A program made the translations under genes and the position numbers. Below are positions 1-10,731 of a DNA stretch of 64,000 bases, one piece after another. The DNA lies in the NCBI GenBank assembly GCA_046563655.1, contig CM102287.1:1674001-1738000 (forward strand), read 5' to 3'. The notes below the pieces were generated by a model. It was not told the DNA's origin, did not search any database, and saw only the letters and a list, made by a program, of their open reading frames with translations. The number at the start of each line of letters is the position of its first letter. Positions within the stretch are counted from its first letter, which is position 1. The stretch comes from Yuukianura sp. NJ FZ-2021. Its lineage: Eukaryota.

Positions 1-1
1 G

Positions 2-1684
2 TTGAGAGCCGAACGAGTTATAAGTGTGGACATGGAGTTTAGTCATGACAAAGGCTATCGTGATCGTTATGTTTGTTCCTTGCAGATATCGACCAAGGAA
101 TCGGATTTCATCATTGATCCATTCGTAGTGCCAATCCAGATGCAAATGTTGCGGGAAATCTTCTCCAATGGTAACTACATCAAGATTCTGCATGGATGTG
201 TTAATGATATCCTCATGTTCCAGCTTCATTACCATATCTTCTTCGTGGGTGTAATTGACACTCAAATCGTGGATTCTGTCTTTGGAGGGACTCAAGGACG
301 TGGATTGGACAAAGTGATTAGTGACTACTTGCCTGGTGTGAAAGTGAGCAAGGATTGTCAACTTGCTGATTTTAGGATTCGTCCTATTCAGAACATGCAT
401 CCAGACATGATTCAGTACGCCAGGAGTGACACACATTTGTTGTTACGTGTGTTTGAAGTCATGAAAAAACGTTATGACTTCAAAAGTGAAAGTGTTAAGT
501 GGAATGAAGTTGTCAAGTTGTGTAATAATTTGTGCTTAAAAGTCTACAAGTTTAAGCCTAATCCAAGTGCCCGTGAGATTCTGGCTAAAGTGGACATGCC
601 CACTTTAAGTGTAAGTGTGATGGAGCAAGTTGTCGGCTGGAGAGACATGGTTGCCAGGGAGATGGACGTTCAACCAAAGGAAGTCATTGCTGATGTTACT
701 TGTGCTCAATTGGTCAAGGAAGGGCCTAAAAATAGGTTGGACATTGAAAAAGTGATTGGCAAAAATGTTTTGTCATCGGGTCATTTGGATATGCTAGTTG
801 AAGTTTTTGTGTCTACTAAAAGTGTGGGTGGAGTCACAGAAGTTGCTGCTACAACTTCTACAGTGCAAAAAGTGACTTTGGACTTATCGGTGTTTGATTG
901 GGATACACCAATCACTAAAGAAGATGTAAAAAGAATGGAACAGGAAGTTGTTCAATCAACTTCCAAAAGTGTAAATTTTCCTGCTACAGTGCCTAAAGTA
1001 CATTTGGATTTGTCTGTTTTTGACTGGGATACGCCAGTCACCAGAGAGGATATTGCCAGGATGGAGGCGGAAGTTGGTAAAACAACTTCCCAAAATGTAA
1101 ATATTCGTGCTCCAGTGCCTGTTGACATTGATGGTTTATCGGATGTCTCCGATCTCTCAGAAGTTTCTGATGAACCATTGGAGGAGGAAGAAGAGGAGTC
1201 TCAAGTGGAAGTTGAGTGCAACGTCCAGAAATTTAGTGATAGTGATAATGGTGACATGCTGATTGTCACCGTCTCGGAAGATGATCTGCGTGAGGTGGTA
1301 GGAGTACCACCAGAAGATGTTCCGAATGTGGTTTACGAACCACAAGTACCAGAGGAAGATCCCCAGGAAGTGATGGCTGCGATGGAGGAGGAGCCCCAGG
1401 AAGTAGTAGCTGCAGCCGAACGAAGAGATCGGCGAGATCGCCGAAACTGTCCCCATTGTGGAAGCGAGCGGCATACTGACGTGATGTTTTGCCGATTTCG
1501 TGATCTGCCAGAACCAGAAGCGAGAAGACGTCACCGCCGCCGGCGTCTCAATATGAATCGACGCCGAAATCTTCGTATTCGTGCTGAGGAGGAGCGTTTG
1601 CGACGAGAAGCGGAACGTGCAGCCCGAGAAGCAGAGGATGATGGAGATCGTGTCCCGAGGAATGCCCCGGAACCCGATCTTTAG
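2..1684 (+). CDS. Rrp6/EXOSC10-like DEDDy 3'-5' exonuclease + HRDC-like domain + acidic linker + CCHC-like knuckle + Arg-rich tail; 5'-partial; accessory ORF of a probable LTR retrotransposon
   Basis: ExoI SVDMEF, CSLQIST..DFIID, ExoII KILHGCVNDI, QLADFRIRP and ExoIII YARSDTHLLL follow the Rrp6 motif order. An HRDC-like segment (WRDMVAREMDVQPKEVI) follows, then CPHCGSERHTDVMFC (CX2CX4HX5C). The ORF has no introns and is open from the window edge. Confidence 0.88.
   Translation: MRAERVISVDMEFSHDKGYRDRYVCSLQISTKESDFIIDPFVVPIQMQMLREIFSNGNYIKILHGCVNDILMFQLHYHIFFVGVIDTQIVDSVFGGTQGRGLDKVISDYLPGVKVSKDCQLADFRIRPIQNMHPDMIQYARSDTHLLLRVFEVMKKRYDFKSESVKWNEVVKLCNNLCLKVYKFKPNPSAREILAKVDMPTLSVSVMEQVVGWRDMVAREMDVQPKEVIADVTCAQLVKEGPKNRLDIEKVIGKNVLSSGHLDMLVEVFVSTKSVGGVTEVAATTSTVQKVTLDLSVFDWDTPITKEDVKRMEQEVVQSTSKSVNFPATVPKVHLDLSVFDWDTPVTREDIARMEAEVGKTTSQNVNIRAPVPVDIDGLSDVSDLSEVSDEPLEEEEEESQVEVECNVQKFSDSDNGDMLIVTVSEDDLREVVGVPPEDVPNVVYEPQVPEEDPQEVMAAMEEEPQEVVAAAERRDRRDRRNCPHCGSERHTDVMFCRFRDLPEPEARRRHRRRRLNMNRRRNLRIRAEEERLRREAERAAREAEDDGDRVPRNAPEPDL
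861..1112 (+). repeat. Two diverged 126-bp (42-aa) in-frame tandem repeats inside the exonuclease ORF
   Basis: cagtgc recurs at 861, 987 and 1113. KVTLDLSVFDWDTPITKEDVKRMEQEV aligns with KVHLDLSVFDWDTPVTREDIARMEAEV. Confidence 0.9.
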
Positions 1685-1700
1685 AAGGAGGAAGGTGAAG

Positions 1701-2103
1701 TGCCCCGGTTTTCCCCCTTTAGGTTAGGGTCGTTTGCCCCTTGAGGTTAGGGTGTGGCCCTAGGTTAGTGTAGTTAGGTTATGGTTTAGTCTTAGCGTTT
1801 AGTTGAGATTGGTTTAGCGCTTAGCGCGAGTTTTGAGTAGAGTTAGCGTGGTAGAGGAGAGTCAGGAGAGTATTGAGACTAGTTGTGCCAGTCAGTCGGT
1901 TTTTGGTGTTCGTCTCAGCATGAGCTGAAGACTTTGTATCTTTTGTACAAATAAATATATTTTATATTTATTTGTCTCTGAGTCTTCGTGTTGTTTCTTT
2001 GGTGTCCCTTTTGGTCCTCAGTTTTTGGTGCATGAGTCCGGCAGTGCTCGGATCGTAGTCTGGAGGCCATCTTTGGCAATTTTACGTAGCACGAGGTGCT
2101 ACA
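1701..2103 (+). mobile_element. Probable 3' LTR of the exonuclease-carrying element (left boundary uncertain)
   Basis: Purine-rich tract agaaggaggaaggtgaag (1683-1700) is followed by TG. AATAAA lies at 1950-1955. The segment ends ...tgctaCA at 2103, where the satellite resumes mid-monomer (ttatgtggtg). The partner LTR is outside the window. Confidence 0.6.
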
Positions 2104-2332
2104 TTATGTGGTGATCGGACTCAAATTTTCGGATTGCAAAATTGTTGTTGTTGTTGCTTAGTTTATTTTCCTATTCCGGATAGGTTTTTAAAAATAAACA
2201 GTTGTATACTGTCATTAGGTTAAGTGTTTAAAATTGTTTTCAATCAGTCAATTCGATTAATTAGTAATAGTTGAGCATTATTTTGATAATGAAAATGAAA
2301 ATCATTTGATAATAGTAAACATCAAAGGTAAA

Positions 2333-3295
2333 CAAGGTAGGGCAATGCTCAAGGGTTGAGCATAGGTCTTCTGGAGGGAGTGGACAATTGATACGACTTA
2401 AATCACTCTAACGCTGGTGAACAAAATAATGTAAAACCGTTTTCATGTAGTTGATGCACCAAAGCGTCGCTCAAAATACTCAGTGCGGATGTGTGGTCCT
2501 ATTTTGTGCATACGTTGCACCAAAATTGGGTTGGCAATTCTACCATTTAATTGCACCAAAGTCATGTTTCAGTTTTGAGCCCCAAAATATTTGCACTGAA
2601 TTGATGTTGTTAATTTGTTGAGCAAGATGCACATAATGTATTTTCTGTATTGCCATGGCAATGTACTATTAGCGAAAACAGCGTAAACCAAACGGCATCA
2701 AAATAATATCGAAATTGAGCATTGTGCATGATGCACAAAATTGAACGCCGAGGAGTATGGGTCGAACATCCCTTCTTTGAAGTCAAAATCGGTTGAAATA
2801 CATGCACCATGTGTCAAATTAGGTGCATAAGTTATAGCGTCGAATATCACTTGTTTAAAATCAAAACTTAAAATTTTCTGGCAAAGGGAAACTTGAACCC
2901 TGCCAAGCACTGCTTACGTATTATGAATTTAAGCCGGAATTTCTACCTTCTAACAACGCTAAATTTAACAAAGCGTTTAAACTAAATGTCAGGAAATGAC
3001 CAGATCAAACTCCGTTGTTTAGAAATACTTTGAGTGCAATCGAAACCAAAACAGGTTTGCGGAGCCAAGATACTGCGGGTACGTAAAGTAGCCGCCCACT
3101 TCTACGTTGTTACGATAACACTTTGAGTGGAATGTAGACATAATGAAAACACTTGAGCGATACAGGACACCCCGTCAATAATGGAGGTAATGTTTCAGTG
3201 CAAAGGGTACTAAAAAACGTTACGGACGGACGGACGGACAAAGTCGTATCAATAGTCTTCTTCAGCACGTCGTAGACGTGCGTCTCCAGAAGACT
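2333..3295 (-). mobile_element. Non-autonomous Helentron-type element (HINE, DINE-1-like) inserted in the 3' UTR of LINE copy 1
   Basis: It interrupts aggtaaaaaggt, which is intact in the other copies. Subterminal inverted repeats are gtcttctggag (2366-2376) and ctccagaagac (3284-3294). A 5' inverted repeat lies at 3253-3296, a (GTCC)n microsatellite at 3222-3240, and a 3' hairpin atgctcaa-ggg-ttgagcat at 2345-2363. The target is a T-run and there is no coding capacity. Confidence 0.8.
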
Positions 3296-4136
3296 AAAAG
3301 GTAAAAAGAAAGTAAAAATGAGAGAGAAAAAAAAAGAGAAACATTAAATGAACTTCCTACTAGGTTGCTTGTTGTTTTCTTTCGTGAGGACGTCATTTTC
3401 TTGTATCTTCAGAAACTGTTTGTGTATGGCCGCTTTGAACGCTCCTTTAGTTTTGAGTTCCGTCGTTGCTTTTGGCAAGTAACCCCATAGTAGTTTCGTT
3501 TTTGATTTAAAAGAATTACGAGTGATTGTTGTGTTCCTGGAGTGAATCATTTTTCGTGTTCTTAAGCCGGCTTCTTCTTCGGTGTCGTGCAAGTATTTCT
3601 CAAAATATGGAATGCTACGGTTGTTGAGGATATCAAATGCATGAAGTAGTACCATCATGTTGTGTTGATGAGTAGGGAAGAGCCACCCAAGTTCCTTTGT
3701 GATCCGTAATTTCACTTTGTCGTATTTCTTGCTCTTGAGAATAAAGTGACTCCGCCGTGCGTACTATTTTTTCCGCTGATTTCAATTGTACTTTAGTTGC
3801 GCTACCCCATATTTCAGCCATGTACCAAAGCTTAGACAAAACGTAAGATGTCATCAGAGTTTTTCGGTTGTCTTGTGTAAGAAGTCTTTGCATAGGGTAG
3901 AGTGAGAATATGATTTTTAAACATTTCTTTGTTGTGTTCATGATATGTGAATCCCACTTCAAGCAACCGTCTATGTTAAGGCCGAGGCTGGTGAGTGTTT
4001 CTGTTGTTCCGACTGTTACATTCTGAAATTGAAACTGCACTCCTTGAATTATATTCCTTATCTTCGGTTTTGCCACGATGAGGATTCCAGTTTTCTCAGG
4101 GTGAATTGTGAATCCGTTTTTTTGTGAATCCGTTGT

Positions 4137-5290
4137 GAATTGTGATCCAACATAGCCCAGAATGACTTCTTTGTCACTTTTTTTTGCGAAAAAATTGAAT
4201 TTTTTGCGAAAAAATTGAATTTTTTCACCAAAAATTGAGTTCTAGGCACTTTATGTGGTGATCGGACTTAAATTTTCGGATTGCAATATTGTGATCCACC
4301 ATAGCCCAGAATGACTCCTTTGTCACTTTTTTTGCGAAAAAATTGAATTTTTTCACCAAAAATTGAGCTCTAGGCACTTTATGTGGTCATCGGACTTAAA
4401 TTTTCGGATTGTAATATTCTGATCCAACATAGCCCAGAATGACTCCTTTGTCACTTTTTTTTGCGAAAAAATTGAATTTTTTCACCAAAAATTTAGTTCT
4501 AGGCACTTTATGTGGTGATCGGACTCAAATTTTCGGATTGCAATATTGTGATCCACCATAGCCCAGAATGACTCCTTTGTCACTTTTTGGTGAAGAAATT
4601 GAATTTTTTCACCAAAAATTGAGTTCTAGGCACTTTATGTGGTGATCGGACCCAATTTTCGGATTGCAATATTGTGATCCACCATAGCCCAGAATGACTC
4701 CTTTGTCACTTTTTTTGCGAAAAAATTGAATTTTTTCACCAAAAATTGAGCTCTAGGCACTTTATGTGGTGATCGGACTTAAATTTTCGGATTGTAATAT
4801 TGTGATCCAACATAGCCCAGAATGACTCCTTTGTCACTTTTTTTTGCGAAAAAATTGAGTTCTAGGCACTTTATGTGGTGATCGGACTTAAATTTTCGGA
4901 TTGTAATATTGTGATCCAACATAGCCCAGAATGACTTATTTGTCCCTTTTTGGTGAAAAAATTGAATTCTTTCACCAAAAATTGAGTTCTAGGCACTTTA
5001 TATGGTTATCGGACTTAAATTTTCGGATTGAAAAATTGTGATCCAACGTAGCCCAGAATGACTTTGTCACTTTTTGGTGAAGAAATTGAATTTTTTCACC
5101 AAAAATTGAGTTCTAGGCACTTTATGTGGTGATCGGACCCAATTTTCGGATTGCAAAATTGTGATCCAACATAGCCCAGAATGACTCCTTTGTCACTTTT
5201 TTTTGCGAAAAATTGAATTTTTTCACCAAACATTTAGTTCTAGGCACTTTATGTGGTGATCGGACTCAAATTTTCGGATTGCAAAATTGT
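4137..5290. repeat. Representative ~128-bp satellite run (about 9 monomers)
   Basis: Head-to-tail monomers with ordered subtype variants, rich in A/T tracts. Confidence 0.95.
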
Positions 5291-6314
5291 TGTTGTTGTT
5301 GCTTAGTTTATTTTCCTATTCCGGATAGGTTTTTAAAAATAAACAGTTGTATACTGTCATTAGGTTAAGTGTTTAAAATTGTTTTCAATCAGTCAATTCG
5401 ATTAATTAGTAATAGTTGAGCATTATTTTGATAATGAAAATGAAAATCATTTGATAATAGTAAACATCAAAGGTAAAAAGGTAAAAAGAAAGTAAAAATG
5501 AGAGAAAAAAAAAGAGAAACATTAAATGAACTTCCTACTAGGTTGCTTGTTGTTTTCTTTCGTGAGGACGTCATTTTCTTGTATCTTCAGAAACTGTTTG
5601 TGTATGGCCGCTTTGAACGCTCCTTTAGTTTTGAGTTCCGTCGTTGCTTTTGGCAAGTAACCCCATAGTAGTTTCGTTTTTGATTTAAAAGAATTAGGAG
5701 TGATTGTTGTGTTCCTGGAGTGAATCATTTTTCGTGTTCTTAAGCCGGCTTCTTCTTCGGTGTCGTGCAAGTATTTCTCAAAATATGGAATGCTACGGTT
5801 GTTGAGGATATCAAATGCATGAAGTAGTACCATCATGTTGTGTTGATGAGTAGGGAAGAGCCAACCAAGTTCCTTTGTGATCCGTAATTTCACTTTGTCG
5901 TATTTCTTGCTCTTGAGAATAAAGTGACTCGCCGTGCGTACTATTTTTTCCGCTGATTTCAATTGTACTTTAGTTGCGCTACCCCATATTTCAGCCATGT
6001 ACCAAAGCTTAGACAAAACGTAAGATGTCATCAGAGTTTTTCGGTTGTCTTGTGTAAGAAGTCTTTGCATAGGGTAGAGTGAGAATATGATTTTTAAACA
6101 TTTCTTTGTTGTGTTCATGATATGTGAATCCCACTTCAAGCAACCGTCTATGTTAAGGCCGAGGCTGGTGAGTGTTTCTGTTGTTCCGACTGTTACATTC
6201 TGAAATTGAAACTGCACTCCTTGAATTATATTCCTTATCTTCGGTTTTGCCACGATGAGGATTCCAGTTTTCTCAGGGTGAATTGTGAATCCGTTTTTTT
6301 GTGAATCCGTTGTG
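5291..6314 (-). mobile_element. Representative 5'-truncated non-LTR retrotransposon (L2/CR1-group-like) 3' fragment
   Basis: The minus strand encodes NGFTIHPEKT...SLGLNIDGCLKWDSHI...SKLWYMAEIWG...KELGWL, i.e. the end of the RT domain and the ORF2 C-terminus. A ~230-bp 3' UTR, AATAAA and a (CAA)4 tail follow. aattgt flanks both ends as a candidate target-site duplication. Confidence 0.9.
5522..6253 (-). pseudogene. ORF2 C-terminal remnant (243 aa). The same frame is intact at 24911-25642, 32749-33480, 35566-36297, 36848-37579, 38386-39117, 39934-40665, 41471-42202, 43134-43865 and 44802-45533
   Basis: The annotated start is GTG inside a truncated RT. The endonuclease and the YADD catalytic core are absent. 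Other copies carry frameshifts or a deletion. Confidence 0.85.
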
Positions 6315-8613
6315 AATTGTGATCCAACATAGCCCAGAATGACTTGTTTGTCACTTTTTTTTGCGAAAAAATTGAATTTTTTGCGAAAAAATTGAATTTT
6401 TTCACCAAAAATTGAGTTCTAGGCACTTTATGTGGTGATCGGACTTAAATTTTCGGATTGCAATATTGTGATCCACCATAGCCCAGAATGACTCCTTTGT
6501 CACTTTTTTTGCGAAAAATTGAATTTTTTCACCAAAAATTGAGCTCTAGGCACTTTATGTGGTCATCGGACTTAAATTTTCGGATTGTAATATTCTGATC
6601 CAACATAGCCCAGAATGACTCCTTTGTCACTTTTTTTTGCGAAAAAATTGAATTTTTTCACCAAAAATTTAGTTCTAGGCACTTTATGTGGTGATCGGAC
6701 TCAAATTTTCGGATTGCAATATTGTGATCCACCATAGCCCAGAATGACTCCTTTGTCACTTTTTGGTGAAGAAATTGAATTTTTTCACCAAAAATTGAGT
6801 TCTAGGCACTTTATGTGGTGATCGGACCCAATTTTCGGATTGCAATATTGTGATCCACCATAGCCCAGAATGACTCCTTTGTCACTTTTTTTGCGAAAAA
6901 ATTGAATTTTTTCACCAAAAATTGAGCTCTAGGCACTTTATGTGGTGATCGGACTTAAATTTTCGGATTGTAATATTGTGATCCAACATAGCCCAGAATG
7001 ACTCCTTTGTCACTTTTTTTTGCGAAAAAATTGAATTTTTTCACCAAAAATTTAGTTCTAGGCACTTTATGTGGTGATCGGACTCAAATTTTCGGATTGC
7101 AAAATTGTGATCCAACATAGCCCAGAATGACTCCTTTGTCACTTTTTTTTGCGAAAAAATTGAGTTCTAGGCACTTTATGTGGTGATCGGACTTAAATTT
7201 TCGGATTGTAATATTGTGATCCAACATAGCCCAGAATGACTTTGTCACTTTTTGGTGAAGAAATTGAATTCTTTCACCAAAAATTGAGTTCTAGGCACTT
7301 TATATGGTTATCGGACTTAAATTTTCGGATTGAAAAATTGTGATCCAACGTAGCCCAGAATGACTTTGTCACTTTTTGGTGAAGAAATTGAATTTTTTCA
7401 CCAAAAATTGAGTTCTAGGCACTTTATGTGGTGATCGGACCCAATTTTCGGATTGCAAAATTGTGATCCAACATAGCCCAGAATGACTCCTTTGTCACTT
7501 TTTTTGCAAAAAATTGAATTTTTTCACCAAAAATTTAGTTCTAGGCACTTTATGTGGTGATCGGACTCAAATTTTCGGATTGCAAAATTGTTGTTGTTGT
7601 TGCTTAGTTTATTTTCCTATTCCGGATAGGTTTTTAAAAATAAACAGTTGTATACTGTCATTAGGTTAAGTGTTTAAAATTGTTTTCAATCAGTCAATTC
7701 GATTAATTAGTAATAGTTGAGCATTATTTTGATAATGAAAATGAAAATCATTTGATAATAGTAAACATCAAAGGTAAAAAGGTAAAAAGAAAGTAAAAAT
7801 GAGAGAGAAAAAAGAGAAACATTAAATGAACTTCCTACTAGGTTGCTTGTTGTTTTCTTTCGTGAGGACGTCATTTTCTTGTATCTTCAGAAACTGTTTG
7901 TGTATGGCCGCTTTGAACGCTCCTTTAGTTTTGAGTTCCGTCGTTGCTTTTGGCAAGTAACCCCATAGTAGTTTCGTTTTTGATTTAAAAGAATTAGGAG
8001 TGATTGTTGTGTTCCTGGAGTGAATCATTTTTCGTGTTCTTAAGCCGGCTTCTTCTTCGGTGTCGTGCAAGTATTTCTCAAAATATGGAATGCTACGGTT
8101 GTTGAGGATATCAAATGCATGAAGTAGTACCATCATGTTGTGTTGATGAGTAGGGAAGAGCCAACCAAGTTCCTTTGTGATCCGTAATTTCACTTTGTCG
8201 TATTTCTTGCTCTTGAGAATAAAGTGACCCGCCGTGCGTACTATTTTTTCCGCTGATTTCAATTGTACTTTAGTTGCGCTACCCCATATTTCACCCATGT
8301 ACCAAAGTTTAGACAAAACGTAAGATGTCATCAGAGTTTTTCGGTTGTCTTGTGTAAGAAGTCTTTGCATAGGTAGAGTGAGAATATGATTTTTAAACAT
8401 TTCTTTGTTGTGTTCATGATATGTGAATCCCACTTCAAGCAACCGTCTATGTTAAGGCCGAGGCTGGTGAGTGTTTCTGTTGTTCCGACTGTTACATTCT
8501 GAAATTGAAACTGCACTCCTTGAATTATATTCCTTATCTTCGGTTTTGCCACGATGAGGATTCCAGTTTTCTCAGGGTGAATTGTGAATCCGTTTTTTTG
8601 TGAATCCGTTGTG

Positions 8614-10731
8614 AATTGTGATCCAACATAGCTCAGAATGACTTCTTAGTCACTTTTTGGTGAAAAAATTGAATTTTTTCACCAAAAATTGAGTTCTAGG
8701 CACTTTATGTGGTGATCGGACTCAAATTTTCGGATTGCAAAATTGTGATCCAACATAGCCCAGAATGACCCCTTTGTCACTTTTTTTTGCGAAAAAATTG
8801 AATTTTTTCACCAAAAATTTAGTTCTAGGCACTTTATGTGGTGATCGGACTCAAATTTTCGGATTGCAAAATTGTGATTCAAAGTAGCCCAGAATGAGTT
8901 CTTTGTCACTTTTTTTTGCGAAAAAATTGAATTTTTTCACCAAAAATTGAGTTCTAGGCACTGTATGTGGTGATCGGACTTAAATTTTCGGATTGCAAAA
9001 TTGTGATCCACCATAGCCCAGAATGACTCCTTTGTCACTTTTTGGTGAAAAAATTGAATTTTTTCACCAAAAATTGAGTTCTAGGCACTTTATGTGGTGA
9101 TCGGACTCAAATTTTCGGATTGCAAAATTGTGATCCAACATAGCCCAGAATGACTCCTTTGTCACTTTTTTTTGCGAAAAAATTGAGTTCTAGGCACTTT
9201 ATGTAGTGATCGGACTCAAATTTTCGGATTGCAAAATTGTGATCCAACATAGCCCAGAATGACTCCTTTGTCACTTTTTTTTGCGAAAAAATTGAATTTT
9301 TTCACCAAAAATTGAGTTCTAGGCACTTTATGTGGTGATCGGACTTAAATTTTCGGATTGTAATATTGTCATCCAACATAGCCCAGAATGACTTCTTTGT
9401 CACTTTTTGGTGAAAAAATTGAATTTTTTCACCAAAAATTGAGTTCTAGGCACTTTATGTGGTGATCGGACTCAAATTTTCGGATTGCAAAATTGTGATC
9501 CAACATAGCCCAGAATGACTCCTTTGTCACTTTTTTTGCGAAAAAATTGAATTTTTTCACCAAAAATTTAGTTCTAGGCACTTTATGTGGTGATCGGACT
9601 CAAATTTTCGGATTGCAAAATTGTGATCCAACATAGCCCAGAATGACTCCTTTGTCACTTTTTTTTGCGAAAAAATTGAGTTCTAGGCACTTTATGTAGT
9701 GATCGGACTCAAATTTTCGGATTGCAAAATTGTGATCCAACATAGCCCAGAATGACTCCTTTGTCACTTTTTTTTGCGAAAAAATTGAATTTTTTCACCA
9801 AAAATTGAGTTCTAGGCACTTTATGTGGTGATCGGACTTAAATTTTCGGATTGTAATATTGTCATCCAACATAGCCCAGAATGACTTCTTTGTCACTTTT
9901 TGGTGAAAAAATTGAATTTTTTCACCAAAAATTGAGTTCTAGGCACTTTATGTGGTGATCGGACTCAAATTTTCGGATTGCAAAATTGTGATCCAACATA
10001 GCCCAGAATGACTCCTTTGTCACTTTTTTTTGCGAAAAAATTGAATTTTTTCACCAAAAATTTAGTTCTAGGCACTTTATGTGGTGATCGGACTCAAATT
10101 TTCGGATTGCAAAATTGTGATCCAACATAGCCCAGAATGACTCCTTTGTCACTTTTTTGCGAAAAAATTGAGTTCTAGGCACTTTATGTGGTGATCGGAC
10201 TCAAATTTTCGGATTGCAAAATTGTGATCCAACATAGCCCAGAATGACTCCTTTGTCACTTTTTTTTGCGAAAAAATTGAATTTTTTCACCAAAAATTGA
10301 GCTCTAGGCACTTTATGTGGTGATCGGACTTAAATTTTCGGATTGTAATATTGTGATCCAACATAGCCCAGAATGACTTATTTGTCCCTTTTTGGTGAAA
10401 AAATTGAATTTTTTCACCAAAAATTGAGTTCTAGGCACTTTATATGGTTATCGGACTTAAATTTTCGGATTGAAAAATTGTGATCCAACGTAGCCCAGAA
10501 TGACTTTGTCACTTTTTGGTGAAAAAATTGAATTTTTTCACCAAAAATTGAGTTCTAGGCTCTTTATGTGGTGATCGGACCCAATTTTCGGATTGCAAAA
10601 TTGTGATCCAACATAGCCCAGAATGACTCCTTTGTCACTTTTTTTTGCGAAAAAATTCAATTTTTTCACCAAAAATTTAGTTCTAGGCACTTTATGTGGT
10701 GATCGGACTCAAATTTTCGGATTGCAAAATT
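8614..10731. repeat. Longest pure satellite run in the window (~17 monomers, with an internal multi-monomer duplication)
   Basis: Rare variants tatgtagtgat and attgtcatcc each occur twice, about 490 bp apart. Confidence 0.9.

Noticed and set aside
2..1684. Host rrp6/EXOSC10 gene
   Set aside because: It is intronless, has a non-Rrp6 C-terminus with a knuckle, ends at an LTR-like terminus in satellite DNA and has a paralog inside a gypsy element, so no gene symbol is assigned. The N-terminus is not visible, so this is not fully excluded.
2086..2103. Helitron 3' end (hairpin gtagcac-gag-gtgctac)
   Set aside because: There is no CTRR terminus and the hairpin abuts the end. The CA end, AATAAA and purine tract fit an LTR better.
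2610..2910. Short minus-strand ORFs inside the Helentron-type insert
   Set aside because: They are 66-70 aa with no Rep or helicase motifs.
3745..3760. Hypervariable site gtgacccgcc / gtgactcgcc / gtgactccgcc and homopolymer length changes among copies
   Set aside because: The variants are scattered without regard to haplotype blocks, which fits long-read consensus error. They cannot be treated as biological without reads.
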